Of a stretch of 32,000 nucleotides of DNA, positions 8,015-16,779 are shown one piece after another; within the stretch, counting starts at the first letter, position 1; every line of letters begins with the position of its first letter. Both the position numbers and the translations under genes were made by a program. The DNA comes from Candidatus Baldrarchaeum yapensis (GTDB lineage Archaea; Asgardarchaeota; Baldrarchaeia; Baldrarchaeales; Baldrarchaeaceae), in contig JAEOSH010000001.1 in assembly GCA_016840465.1 (NCBI GenBank), positions 32,179 to 64,178 of the forward strand, in the 5' to 3' direction. A model generated the notes under the pieces. The model was not told the DNA's origin and did no database searches. It saw only the letters and a program-made list of their open reading frames with translations.

Positions 8015-8737
8015 CTATAAACTCTTTAAGATCTCCAATATTCTACTCGGAGATTCCAAAACCGTTATTCCCTCCATTCTGGATAACTTCCTCAGGTTTC
8101 TGATTTCCACATCTCTAACCTTTGTCTTCACTTTCATGCCAAATGATAGAGCCCCGTATTTACAGAGATTAACACAAATTTTACAACCTATGCAACGTTG
8201 TAAGTCCACGGTGATCTTTCCCTCCACTACTTTTAACGCAACGGTAGGACAATTCTTAAGTGGAGGGCAATCTTCACATCCCCTGCAAATGTCCCTATTG
8301 GCGATAAGGGGTAATGTTGCATCTACGTATCTGCCTCCTATGTCGGTGGGCAAAATGTACACGGGAGTGTCTGCTTTTATTGCCTGAGAAACAGCTGCCG
8401 TGATCAACGTATCCGAGATTCCGTGAACTATTTTTGCAATAGTATTGGAGGTGGCAGGAGCAACTATAAGTGCATTATACATTCTTAAAGAAAATCGTCC
8501 TATCTTAGGGAAACTACTCCCCTGCTCGCTTTCCCTTATTATTTCCGAATAGTAAGACCCATCCGATACCTCACTGAGGCGGTTCCATATTCCGTACATT
8601 CGCGCTACTTCCTCTCCCGCCTTTGATATGAAAATTGTCACCTTTATTGGCAAATTTTTTACTGCCCATCTGAAAACCTCAAAAGTTTCCAGTAGGAACT
8701 GCCCGCCACCAGTTATGCCCCACGCAACTCTCTTCAC
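8015..8737 (-). CDS. dmrX: Iron-sulfur flavoprotein, DmrX-like dihydromethanopterin reductase
   Basis: The N-terminal flavoprotein (AfpA/DmrB-like) domain reads VAWGITGGG...ALIVAPATSNTIAKIVHGISDTLIT. The C-terminus carries two Cys motifs, CRGCEDCPPLKNCP and CIGCKICVNLC. The GTG start overlaps the upstream stop (GTGA). It is embedded in the H4MPT cluster. Confidence 0.65.
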   Translation of the reverse strand: MKRVAWGITGGGQFLLETFEVFRWAVKNLPIKVTIFISKAGEEVARMYGIWNRLSEVSDGSYYSEIIRESEQGSSFPKIGRFSLRMYNALIVAPATSNTIAKIVHGISDTLITAAVSQAIKADTPVYILPTDIGGRYVDATLPLIANRDICRGCEDCPPLKNCPTVALKVVEGKITVDLQRCIGCKICVNLCKYGALSFGMKVKTKVRDVEIRNLRKLSRMEGITVLESPSRILEILKSL

Positions 8738-9825
8738 ATTCTAGCACCACTTGTAAATTTGCTTCTTAAACTCTCTATTTCGTCGAAAAATATATGATCG
8801 AGAACTGTGCCCGCCGCTTCCTTAATTTTCATCACATCAACCAGCTTCTTGTAAATGCCCCCACTGAGACCATCAGCAATTATGGCTGCACCCTGCGCGG
8901 CCTCTTTAGCGACACGTGCAAACCCCTTAATTGTCCGTACGGGGGCTATCTTTACTAAGTATTCTCGTAATATTCCTAGAAAGGTGTTTATTCTTGCTAA
9001 CCTGCCGGACACCAGTATTTCGCGCGGATCTTGTAGTACCGCCAGTAATGAAAAAACGTCCTTTATTAGCCCTTCAGTTAATGCCTTTATTGCAATTCTG
9101 ACGCGTTCATCATACTCGGCAAGTTTAAATAATTCTTCCGGCGTTGCGTTTTCGCATCCTGCTATATACACTGCACCTCCCTTGTAGATTGTTGTTTTTA
9201 ACAAACTTCCCATGAGGTAAGCGAGTTCCGCGTCAAGCGCTCCACACGCCCTTAACCCTATATGTCCTTCTGCACCTCCGATGCCGTCTATTATTCTCCC
9301 ATCGTCTATTGCCAGCACTGCATTGAAGCCAGTGCCACTTTCAATAAGTATGAATCTCGTCTCCTCTATCGGTATTTGTAAGTTCTCCGATTGATCCACT
9401 ATCGCCAAAGCAGCCACGCAAACCTTATCAGCGGTGCCCATATCGATTTTATTCACTTTCCTATGGATAGGTACTGTAGGAAGATGTTTTACTCCCGGAA
9501 TCACGTAAGCGGGTATTTCCTCTTCTATAAGCAGTTTTATTACAGAAGTAAGCCCGACAATTTCCTCTTTGCCTTCTCTTTTCAATGTCATTAAGAATAT
9601 GTCAGCATCACTTATTTCAGACACTTTTTTAAGAGGGAGACCAAAGCCGCTGGGAGCAACTACCATATCAACTTCCTTAAGAGATTTCAGAATGTCGACT
9701 ATTATCCTAGGATTCTTCAGGACACGGCGTGTCGGAATAGACACATCTAATATCAAGGCACCATCTTCCAGCCCAACTAAATCCCAAGATCCCGTTCCAG
9801 GATCTATTCCCACAACTCTAGTCAT
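8734..9825 (-). CDS. ASKHA-fold (acetate/sugar kinase-Hsp70-actin) protein, DUF1464-like, function unknown
   Basis: It has an N-terminal phosphate-1-like motif VVGIDPGTGSWDL, later ESGTGFNAV and GIGGAEGHIG motifs, and is about 360 aa. The ATG at 9825 (MTRVVGID) is preferred over the track TTG at 9840. Confidence 0.6.
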   Translation of the reverse strand: MTRVVGIDPGTGSWDLVGLEDGALILDVSIPTRRVLKNPRIIVDILKSLKEVDMVVAPSGFGLPLKKVSEISDADIFLMTLKREGKEEIVGLTSVIKLLIEEEIPAYVIPGVKHLPTVPIHRKVNKIDMGTADKVCVAALAIVDQSENLQIPIEETRFILIESGTGFNAVLAIDDGRIIDGIGGAEGHIGLRACGALDAELAYLMGSLLKTTIYKGGAVYIAGCENATPEELFKLAEYDERVRIAIKALTEGLIKDVFSLLAVLQDPREILVSGRLARINTFLGILREYLVKIAPVRTIKGFARVAKEAAQGAAIIADGLSGGIYKKLVDVMKIKEAAGTVLDHIFFDEIESLRSKFTSGARM

Positions 9826-9843
9826 TATTTCCACTTCCAAGAA

Positions 9844-10821
9844 TTATAAGACTCGGATTTCCGCGCCGGTATTATTTGCTCTTGCAACAAAGACTTGGCC
9901 ACCGATCTTGCTTAAAAATTCCTTCGTCTTTCTCATAAGTTCTATTGCTTCGTCGTATCCTTCAATAACACCATAGACAGCAGGCCCGAACGAACTCATC
10001 CCGGCCCCGTAAGCTCCCTTCTTTCTCATGAAGTCCATGAGTTCCCTAATCAGTGGCGATTGCAGATTCACCTCTACCTTCTTGAAGCCCACGTTCTGTA
10101 TCATAGAGAGCCCTTCACCGAAAGAAGCTATGTCCTTTTCTACGATTGCTGGAAGAATTTTCATCAGTATTATATGAGATAAGATTCTAACTTCATCGAC
10201 AGATATCGGACAGTACTTTTGGAATATCTCTATCTCCCTCACCCCATGGGCTCCCCTCTCCACATTCGGAATTGCAACGACGAACATCCAATCCGCAGGA
10301 AGTGCATAACGAACCAGAAGGGGTGCAGGTGGCGCTCTTGACGCGGAAGATGGAAGATATGTCTCTTTTTGTTTACCTTTACCAAATGTGTGGCCCCCAT
10401 CGAGTATGAAGCCACCGCCCTCAAATGCAGCAACACCTATCCCTGAAGTGCCGCCTCGCCCAGCTATTCTTGCCAGTTCTCTGACAGAAGCTTCGATACC
10501 GAATAATGTTGTTATACCTTTTGCCACTGCGAGCAACAACTGGGTCGTAGAACCTAATCCAACATGCTTGGGTATTTGACTTTTTATTTCGATATGCACA
10601 CCGGATTCTATTTTGTAACGTTGAAGTATCTTTTCGGCAATGGAAATCACTCGGTCGTCCTTAACGTTGACAGTTATGCCCTCATCCCGCTCACTTACCT
10701 CTAGTATAACATTCGGATACTCCAGTGCTACTCCTATTCCTCCATCGATCCTGCCAAGTGCGCCATTTAAATCTATGAGTGTAAAATGGAGACGACAGGG
10801 GGTTTTAACGTATACCTTCAT
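9844..10821 (-). CDS. Beta-ribofuranosylaminobenzene 5'-phosphate (beta-RFAP) synthase (GHMP-kinase fold; first committed step of methanopterin biosynthesis)
   Basis: Supporting motifs are MKVYVKTPCRLHFTLIDLNGALGRIDGGIGVAL, PKHVGLGSTTQL, GRGGTSGIGV..FEGGGFILDGGH and AYGAGMSSFGPAVYG, the pattern I recognise for the MJ1427/AF2089 family. Confidence 0.8.
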   Translation of the reverse strand: MKVYVKTPCRLHFTLIDLNGALGRIDGGIGVALEYPNVILEVSERDEGITVNVKDDRVISIAEKILQRYKIESGVHIEIKSQIPKHVGLGSTTQLLLAVAKGITTLFGIEASVRELARIAGRGGTSGIGVAAFEGGGFILDGGHTFGKGKQKETYLPSSASRAPPAPLLVRYALPADWMFVVAIPNVERGAHGVREIEIFQKYCPISVDEVRILSHIILMKILPAIVEKDIASFGEGLSMIQNVGFKKVEVNLQSPLIRELMDFMRKKGAYGAGMSSFGPAVYGVIEGYDEAIELMRKTKEFLSKIGGQVFVARANNTGAEIRVL

Positions 10822-10881
10822 ATTGACCCAGCACGTCTCCGTTCCTTATTGTTTTTTAGACTAAATGATCACTCCTAAAAC

Positions 10882-11550
10882 CTAAATTGCCCTTTTAAAC
10901 CTCTCGTGAATATCCTCAATCAGAGATCTCGTTAGACGTAGGTACTCGGAATCCGGAGCAGTCCTCTTTATGATATCGTAGCATATATGTAACATCTGCA
11001 AAAGTAGCAGAGAGTCTCGGAGTCTTTTTTCTTCGATCGCTGCCAAAAGCCTACTAGCGGCGACTAGCGCTTCTACGAAGCACCCTTCAGCGCGGCAGTA
11101 AGGCCTTATAATCGCACCTTCCCTTGATACCCCCTCTATGTGCACAACTTCGCATATTATTGTCGCTCTGCCACCTGAAATTCCACACATGTTGCACATT
11201 CTGACCTCTATCCAAAACTTACTATCTTTTAATACTGGCGCATTGACAACTTTAGCATGTTTGAAACAGTTTGGTGGTAGTTCGGGTTCTGAGGGTCCTT
11301 TTCCCCAGCCCTTGAAAACTGCATTGTAGAGGATGTTTGGCTCGTATATGAACTCGATGACAGCACAACGGTGATGAAGAATGTTTTTATAGGTATCTGA
11401 TGTTACATACGGGCGTATCACGATGTGTTCCATATCTGGGGTGCTTATTCCCATCATTGCGATGTTTGGCGTCGTGCCATCGATGTGATAGGTCGCTACT
11501 AAAGCTTCGTAGATCCAATTTTTTCTTAACCCTATGGCTGTAAGTTTCAT
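10882..11550 (-). CDS. DUF447-family protein (FMN-binding split-barrel-like), H4MPT-associated, function unknown
   Basis: 222 aa. The N-terminal segment IYEALVATYHIDGTTPNIAMMGI...IVIRPYVTSDTYKNI resembles the DUF447 N-terminal domain. It is the first gene of the H4MPT operon. Confidence 0.55.
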   Translation of the reverse strand: MKLTAIGLRKNWIYEALVATYHIDGTTPNIAMMGISTPDMEHIVIRPYVTSDTYKNILHHRCAVIEFIYEPNILYNAVFKGWGKGPSEPELPPNCFKHAKVVNAPVLKDSKFWIEVRMCNMCGISGGRATIICEVVHIEGVSREGAIIRPYCRAEGCFVEALVAASRLLAAIEEKRLRDSLLLLQMLHICYDIIKRTAPDSEYLRLTRSLIEDIHERFKRAI

Positions 11551-11586
11551 ATTGACACCACAAGTCTGAGTTTCCCGCCAGCATTA

Positions 11587-11595
11587 CTTATATTT
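11587..11595 (-). promoter_or_regulatory. Candidate TATA box for the H4MPT operon (AAATATAAG on the minus strand)
   Basis: It lies about 40 nt upstream of the DUF447 ATG (11550). A GGTG sits 7 nt before the ATG. The position fits an archaeal TATA at about -26 and a short leader. Confidence 0.3.
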
Positions 11596-11643
11596 CCAAG
11601 CGCCGAATGAAGCTTGTGCTAAATATTAAAATGGTGTCTGCTG

Positions 11644-13005
11644 ATGGCGGATCTTGAGGGAATTTGCAGAAAGATGATCTCCGAGGATAGACGCATTGAA
11701 GAGATCTTACAAAAGCTTGTCGATGAAATACTCTTTTACAAGAAGATCGACAGAGACCTCGCTGAGCGGCTAGCGGCCGCCGTAGTAAAAGAAGTCAAGA
11801 TGAGTCTTAAAATACCAGATGACGATAAAATCAGGAGAATAATTTATTATCCAGTTGCGGGAGTAACCGCCGGGCAACAGGGACTCGGGAGTAGAGGAGA
11901 GGGAGATTTCTTTGCTCATAGGAAAATCGCGGAGATAATCTCTTCAAGTGGGTTGCGTGCATTTCTTGATGTAAGAGCACACGACGATGCCGGTGCCGTT
12001 AATGTTGATGGTGCTGGACTTATAGTTGCATCAGTTGATGGAATACATTCCAGATTATCAGAGTATCCCTTCTTGGCTGGCTTTCACGCAACGAGAGCCG
12101 CACTTAGGGATGTATATGTGAAGGGGGCGCGCCCTGTCGGCATATTGATAGATATACACTTAGCGGATGATGCCGATATCGGGAAACTTTTCGACTTTAT
12201 TGCCGGTTGTACAACTGTTTCTAAGCTTGCAGGTATCCCGATAATCGGCGGAAGTACACTAAGAATAGGAGGAGATATGGTAATAGGTACTAGAATTTCG
12301 GGATGTGTTGTAGCCATAGGGGTTTCCGTGGTTCCAGGCTACCTCTTAAAACGCCAGAACATCAGGCCCGGGGATTTGATTATTTGCACAGAGGGTAGTG
12401 GTGGGGGTACCATAACAACAACGGCCATATTTTCTGGGAACTTTGATGTAATTTTAGAAACCTTGAACCTGCAGTTTATAAAGGCATGTGAGGCGATTTT
12501 CCGACCAAACATTATTACAAAAATACACGCTGCGAGTGACTGGACAAATGGTGGGCTCAGAGGCGATCTAAACGAAATTTGTAAAACAGTCGGCGTTGGA
12601 GTAGTTGTTGAGGAGGAAAAAGTCAGAAAACTAATGAACCCGAAGGTTCTGGAGATGCTTGACTCTTTAAATATCGACTATTTAGGCGTGAGCATGGATG
12701 CCCTTCTCCTTTTTGCACCACCCGAGAATGTGGACGAAATTATAAACGTTATTAGAAGCACAGGCGTTAAGGTGGATGTAATAGGCGAAGTTACCGAAAA
12801 TGCTGGGGAAAGTATATTGATAAAGAATGGGAAGAAGATTCCGTTAATGCCAAAATATAGAGAGTCTGCTTATACCGAAATAAAGAAAGTGGTTGGAGAA
12901 CTTGCACCACCAAATAAGGAAGAGATCTTCAAAAGAGCTGCAAGGGCCGCACAAGAGGCAATAGAAAAGGTAAAATTTGTAGAAAAACTGATAATGGAAA
13001 GATAA
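11644..13005 (+). CDS. AIR-synthase-related (PurM/HypE/SelD-like superfamily) protein with extra N- and C-terminal helical segments
   Basis: PurM-like N-domain motif: HDDAGAVNVDGAGLIVASVDGIHSRLSEYPFLAGFHATRAALRDVYVKGARP. C-domain motifs: PGDLIICTEGSGGG and ASDWTNGGLRGDL. The gene is divergent from the H4MPT operon. The start is uncertain (ATG 11644 or ATG 11674). Confidence 0.7.
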   Translation: MADLEGICRKMISEDRRIEEILQKLVDEILFYKKIDRDLAERLAAAVVKEVKMSLKIPDDDKIRRIIYYPVAGVTAGQQGLGSRGEGDFFAHRKIAEIISSSGLRAFLDVRAHDDAGAVNVDGAGLIVASVDGIHSRLSEYPFLAGFHATRAALRDVYVKGARPVGILIDIHLADDADIGKLFDFIAGCTTVSKLAGIPIIGGSTLRIGGDMVIGTRISGCVVAIGVSVVPGYLLKRQNIRPGDLIICTEGSGGGTITTTAIFSGNFDVILETLNLQFIKACEAIFRPNIITKIHAASDWTNGGLRGDLNEICKTVGVGVVVEEEKVRKLMNPKVLEMLDSLNIDYLGVSMDALLLFAPPENVDEIINVIRSTGVKVDVIGEVTENAGESILIKNGKKIPLMPKYRESAYTEIKKVVGELAPPNKEEIFKRAARAAQEAIEKVKFVEKLIMER

Positions 13006-13008
13006 CCG

Positions 13009-13698
13009 TCAGCCGCGCTTTAAGGCTCTCATTACGGCGTTCATGTGAACCTCGCCTGCCAGATAAATGCCTCCACTCCCCTCAAATATATCCCAGCCCC
13101 TTGATGCCCTACATCTGAACTGTGCAAGTAAGCCAGCCCTCTGTGCCGCTTGTTCGACAGGTAGTCCGATAAGCCTTTGTGCTACGAACCATGTTGTTCC
13201 ACAGGGAGATCCTCTTAAGACCTCCACCTTAACTATTATTCCGTTTCTTTCCTCCAGAACAAATTTTGGTGCACCAAATTCTTCGGCAAATCTATCAACT
13301 ACCTCGCTTCCGGTCGGAGGTTCAAGAGAACACATTACCCGCGGGGCGATTACCTTTAAAGACGTACCTGCTAAATTTAGGAGTTGCCTTCTTGATCCTA
13401 ACTTCTTCCACGTGAGATCTTCGCCCGGTATTAGCATAGCTTTTATACCCATATCCACCGCAAGCCTTGCAAGATGAAGCGTCAGGTCAGGATGAAGAGT
13501 GTAAGCGATCAGGATATCCGCCGGTTGTAAATCGTTAGAATTTATGTACTTCTCTGGTGAGTCTATAAATGGAGGGAGATCCTTCGGTATTGTCATCACT
13601 CCAACTATTTTGACGTTTTTTCCTCTCCCCTTTATTGTTGCCTCAACCCTTTCTCCTATTTCGCCGCGTTTTATTAAAAACACCCGCACAGAACGCAT
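13009..13698 (-). CDS. DUF166/COG1810-family protein (labelled a putative archaeal thymidylate-synthase-like protein in some databases, from memory)
   Basis: 229 aa. Recognisable motifs are ADILIAYTLHPDL, MCSLEP, LRGSPCGTTWFVAQ and FRCRASRG. It lies 74 nt downstream of cdhE on the same strand. The family assignment is from memory and tentative. Confidence 0.45.
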   Translation of the reverse strand: MRSVRVFLIKRGEIGERVEATIKGRGKNVKIVGVMTIPKDLPPFIDSPEKYINSNDLQPADILIAYTLHPDLTLHLARLAVDMGIKAMLIPGEDLTWKKLGSRRQLLNLAGTSLKVIAPRVMCSLEPPTGSEVVDRFAEEFGAPKFVLEERNGIIVKVEVLRGSPCGTTWFVAQRLIGLPVEQAAQRAGLLAQFRCRASRGWDIFEGSGGIYLAGEVHMNAVMRALKRG

Positions 13699-13764
13699 GT
13701 TTATTCATCCATCAGAAATCAAAAATAGAAGTTCAGATGTCAGAATTGTCAAAAATACTATGTA

Positions 13765-13772
13765 AGAAAAAA
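13765..13772 (-). terminator. Oligo-T tract (TTTTTTCT on the minus strand) immediately after the cdhE stop
   Basis: Archaeal termination typically uses oligo-T tracts. This one abuts the TAA at 13775..13773, and further T5 runs follow before the DUF166 start. Confidence 0.35.
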
Positions 13773-15566
13773 TTAGATCTTGAAGTTTTTTACGAAATCT
13801 ACCATTTTTTCCGGCTCTTTTGGTCCTACTGCGACTTCCCATCCAGTTTTTGACGCTATATCACTGGCTAGATCTTTTAAGTCCTCCGAAACGATGAGTT
13901 TTCTATGCTTAACCAAATTTGCAATACCCGTGCGGTCTAAACACTGCGCTACTGCGTCTCCGCTGACCTCTCCGTCTTTAATTGCTTCTTCCAGCGTTTT
14001 ACCCTTAGTACCAAGGACCACAATCCATGCAGAGACATTTGCTTCGGCAAGCGGCACACGTAATGAATAATGCTCTTTGATATTGCTACTAGTTAGCACA
14101 ACGGGGGCATTCTCGCTCGGTGATTTGACCCCATATACTCCTTCTCTCACCCAGTATGACTTTCTAAGGAACTCAGGTATTCCAGCTGAGTCTCTTGGCC
14201 CTACGTGAACGTCCCATCCGGTTGCATCCTCTAATTCTCCCTTCAATCTTGCCGCAAGACCCGGTATTATTATTGCCCTATGCTTAACCACCTTTTCTAA
14301 ACCTGCCTCCTTCATTGCCTCCGCTATTGAGTCCGCAGTCATGGTTCCGCCTGCCACCGCAGACTCAACATTGATGCCTCCTGTGTCTACCACTAGTAAC
14401 CACGCATCGGCCTTTCCTTCCACGTCGTTTCTTACAAGGTGATACGTTATTGCGAAGTTGCAAGTCACAAGGACTGGTGACCATTCATTTGGATTTCCTA
14501 ACTTCTTAAGTCCTGGCTCAACCGCAGGGTGTATCCGTGGGTCGGTGTAAATGTCCTGCCTGAGGGTTAAAGGTGCAAGAAGGGACCATGTATCAAGCGT
14601 GTGTATAATTAAGATGTCAGCAAACCTCTCAATAAGCATTGAGCAGAGAATAGATTCCATGAAAGCAAGTTCGATTTTTTCCGCTTCAGATAATGACGCA
14701 CCATCTTTTCCTGCCCATACGACAGCTGGTATTCCTAGAAGTGGCCATCCGAGTTCTTTGTCGCCCTTCTCTATCGCCGCCCTTCTTATCATAGTGAATA
14801 TGTCAAGAGTGTCTGCTAATTGTCCTTCCCCAAAGAATGTTCCGGGATCAAGAACTATTTCCTTAATTCCAGCTTTCATGAACGCTCTTACAATGGATTT
14901 CAGCGTCGAAATGTCACCAGGGGCAGAAACCACGACGGGAACATTGTATTTCTGTGCTAGTTTACCGACTTCCTTCCAGTTATCTTTTGTTGCGGCATAA
15001 ATCAATGGTTTTCTCTCTTTAGCCACTTCAAGCCCTGCTTCTAGAACTTTTGGATCGAGACTGCAAAGTATTAATGGTAGTTGACTATTCTCTACAACTT
15101 TCCTTACGCATTCCGCAAATTTTGCAGGATTCCCACTTGTACAGCGTACTGCAATTGCATCGAGCCTGTAGACTTGTCCTACCCTTTCAATCTTGAACTC
15201 GCTAATTCTCTTCACTCTAGCTATGAGTTCATCCTCGGGCATTTCGTCATGAACGTCAATCGCAAAGACTGTAGGATTATAAAATGTTAATTCATGTCTG
15301 TACATCACTTCTTCTCCGCCAATTGTTACTGCATTATCCCCAACGCCTATTACCACTGGCCTCACTGGTGGTGTTAGAAGTTCTTCTAACTTCTTTCGCG
15401 CACTCTCATATTTAGGATCCGTAAATAATGGCTTGCATTGTTCAAGTTTGGCTTCTCTTTGTATTAATTTGTAAGCAAACGCCATACAACTATCATATCC
15501 ACATTCCTTACAATTAGTCCCTGGAAGCAATCTATAAACATCAAGCGGTTTCACCCTCTCGGACAT
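13773..15566 (-). CDS. cdhE: ACDS gamma subunit CdhE (large corrinoid/Fe-S subunit, AcsC homolog) with a duplicated C-terminal corrinoid-binding-like domain
   Basis: The N-terminal [4Fe-4S] motif is CKECGYDSCMAFAYKLIQREAKLEQC, followed by a TIM-barrel middle. The first Rossmann-like domain has LLVVDTGGINVESAVAGG...VKHRAIIIPG...TGWDVHVGP. A second collinear copy has WIVVLGTKGKTLEEAIKDG...VKHRKLIVSE...TGWEVAVGP. The ATG at 15566 is preceded by GAGGTG, which spans the cdhD stop. Confidence 0.85.
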   Translation of the reverse strand: MSERVKPLDVYRLLPGTNCKECGYDSCMAFAYKLIQREAKLEQCKPLFTDPKYESARKKLEELLTPPVRPVVIGVGDNAVTIGGEEVMYRHELTFYNPTVFAIDVHDEMPEDELIARVKRISEFKIERVGQVYRLDAIAVRCTSGNPAKFAECVRKVVENSQLPLILCSLDPKVLEAGLEVAKERKPLIYAATKDNWKEVGKLAQKYNVPVVVSAPGDISTLKSIVRAFMKAGIKEIVLDPGTFFGEGQLADTLDIFTMIRRAAIEKGDKELGWPLLGIPAVVWAGKDGASLSEAEKIELAFMESILCSMLIERFADILIIHTLDTWSLLAPLTLRQDIYTDPRIHPAVEPGLKKLGNPNEWSPVLVTCNFAITYHLVRNDVEGKADAWLLVVDTGGINVESAVAGGTMTADSIAEAMKEAGLEKVVKHRAIIIPGLAARLKGELEDATGWDVHVGPRDSAGIPEFLRKSYWVREGVYGVKSPSENAPVVLTSSNIKEHYSLRVPLAEANVSAWIVVLGTKGKTLEEAIKDGEVSGDAVAQCLDRTGIANLVKHRKLIVSEDLKDLASDIASKTGWEVAVGPKEPEKMVDFVKNFKI

Positions 15567-15576
15567 ATTGTACACC

Positions 15577-16773
15577 TCATACTTTCATTGATACCCAATT
15601 GTAGAACATGGACACTTCCGCTTTTTTGTCAGAGATGAGAAAGTCTCTTATAGTTTTCACTATTTTTACCGCTGCTGGGTGTAACATCATTAGGAGATCA
15701 CATCCTGCAAGCATAAGTCCTATCCCTGTCGTTGCTTCCCAGAGTGGACCACGATATTCTGGCGGGCCCCATTCAGGTGCTTTTTTCTGTGATAACCATG
15801 CTTCTCTTGCCGCCCATGCATTCGTTATACCACCACTTATAGGCATCTGTAGAAGTTCCTCGCCTTTAAGCGCTGCTAGGCGTATTCTCTCGAAAACGCT
15901 GAATGCATACTGATAACCATATCCGACTGCTGCTGATGTTGGATCCATGATTATTCGATCCTTCGGAAGACCTTCGCCCATCAGTCTGTTATTAAGTTCC
16001 TTGGCACCTGGGAAGTCTATGAAGCTAAGAGCTATCACATTATGTCCATATTCAACAGCCGCTCTTGCAATTCTAGCGTAATCATTTGCAAGCGATGCTG
16101 TGCTCAATGCGGTTCGTTCTCCTTCAATAACTTCCGCTGCTGCCTCTAGCACTAAAGGATCTTTCTTATTATCACCCGATCCACCTATTATTATTGGTAC
16201 ATCCTTAATTTGCTGGTATATCTCTTCAACAAGCTTAGCTGCTTCCTTTGGAGATTTATCTCCATATTCTGGGCTTGTGCTAATAAGATGAAGGGTTATA
16301 AGGTCCGGTTCGAACTCAAGTGCCTTCTTTGCCCAAGCTATTGGATCCTCCAGCACATCTTCGAAGTGTTGTCTAATCGGCTTTGGCAATCTAATCGGGT
16401 AATCAAATACATCCATCGATACTACTGGTTTGTTCTTCATGGGATAATCGAATCTATAGAATGGAGGAGCCTTTTCCCCGCCTATCTTAATGACCTTCTT
16501 GCGACTGCCTCCCTCGGATTTTGTGGCTCCTATCTGCACTTCAACTATTTCTCCGGGGAATTCTTCACGTGGAATTTCGAAAGGTACGGTTTCCAGCGTT
16601 AGTTCTTCTAAGCTAACGCCTGGTGCTGCGGGTGGTCTTGCTAATGTTGGTAATATATTTAAGACCAATTCTTCAGCCTCTATTTCGACATTTTCCAGCT
16701 CTAACTCTCCAAATTTCTCGAGTATTTCAAGTATCGTTTTGCCAAGTCTTCTAATTTCTTCCTCCCCGCTCAT
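15577..16773 (-). CDS. cdhD: ACDS delta subunit CdhD (small corrinoid subunit, AcsD homolog)
   Basis: 398 aa. TIM-barrel pattern: DLITLHLISTSP...PIIIGGSGD...ALSTASL...GHNVIALS...IIMDPTSAAVGYG. Its position between cdhC and cdhE supports the call. Confidence 0.85.
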   Translation of the reverse strand: MSGEEEIRRLGKTILEILEKFGELELENVEIEAEELVLNILPTLARPPAAPGVSLEELTLETVPFEIPREEFPGEIVEVQIGATKSEGGSRKKVIKIGGEKAPPFYRFDYPMKNKPVVSMDVFDYPIRLPKPIRQHFEDVLEDPIAWAKKALEFEPDLITLHLISTSPEYGDKSPKEAAKLVEEIYQQIKDVPIIIGGSGDNKKDPLVLEAAAEVIEGERTALSTASLANDYARIARAAVEYGHNVIALSFIDFPGAKELNNRLMGEGLPKDRIIMDPTSAAVGYGYQYAFSVFERIRLAALKGEELLQMPISGGITNAWAAREAWLSQKKAPEWGPPEYRGPLWEATTGIGLMLAGCDLLMMLHPAAVKIVKTIRDFLISDKKAEVSMFYNWVSMKV

Positions 16774-16779
16774 AACGAA

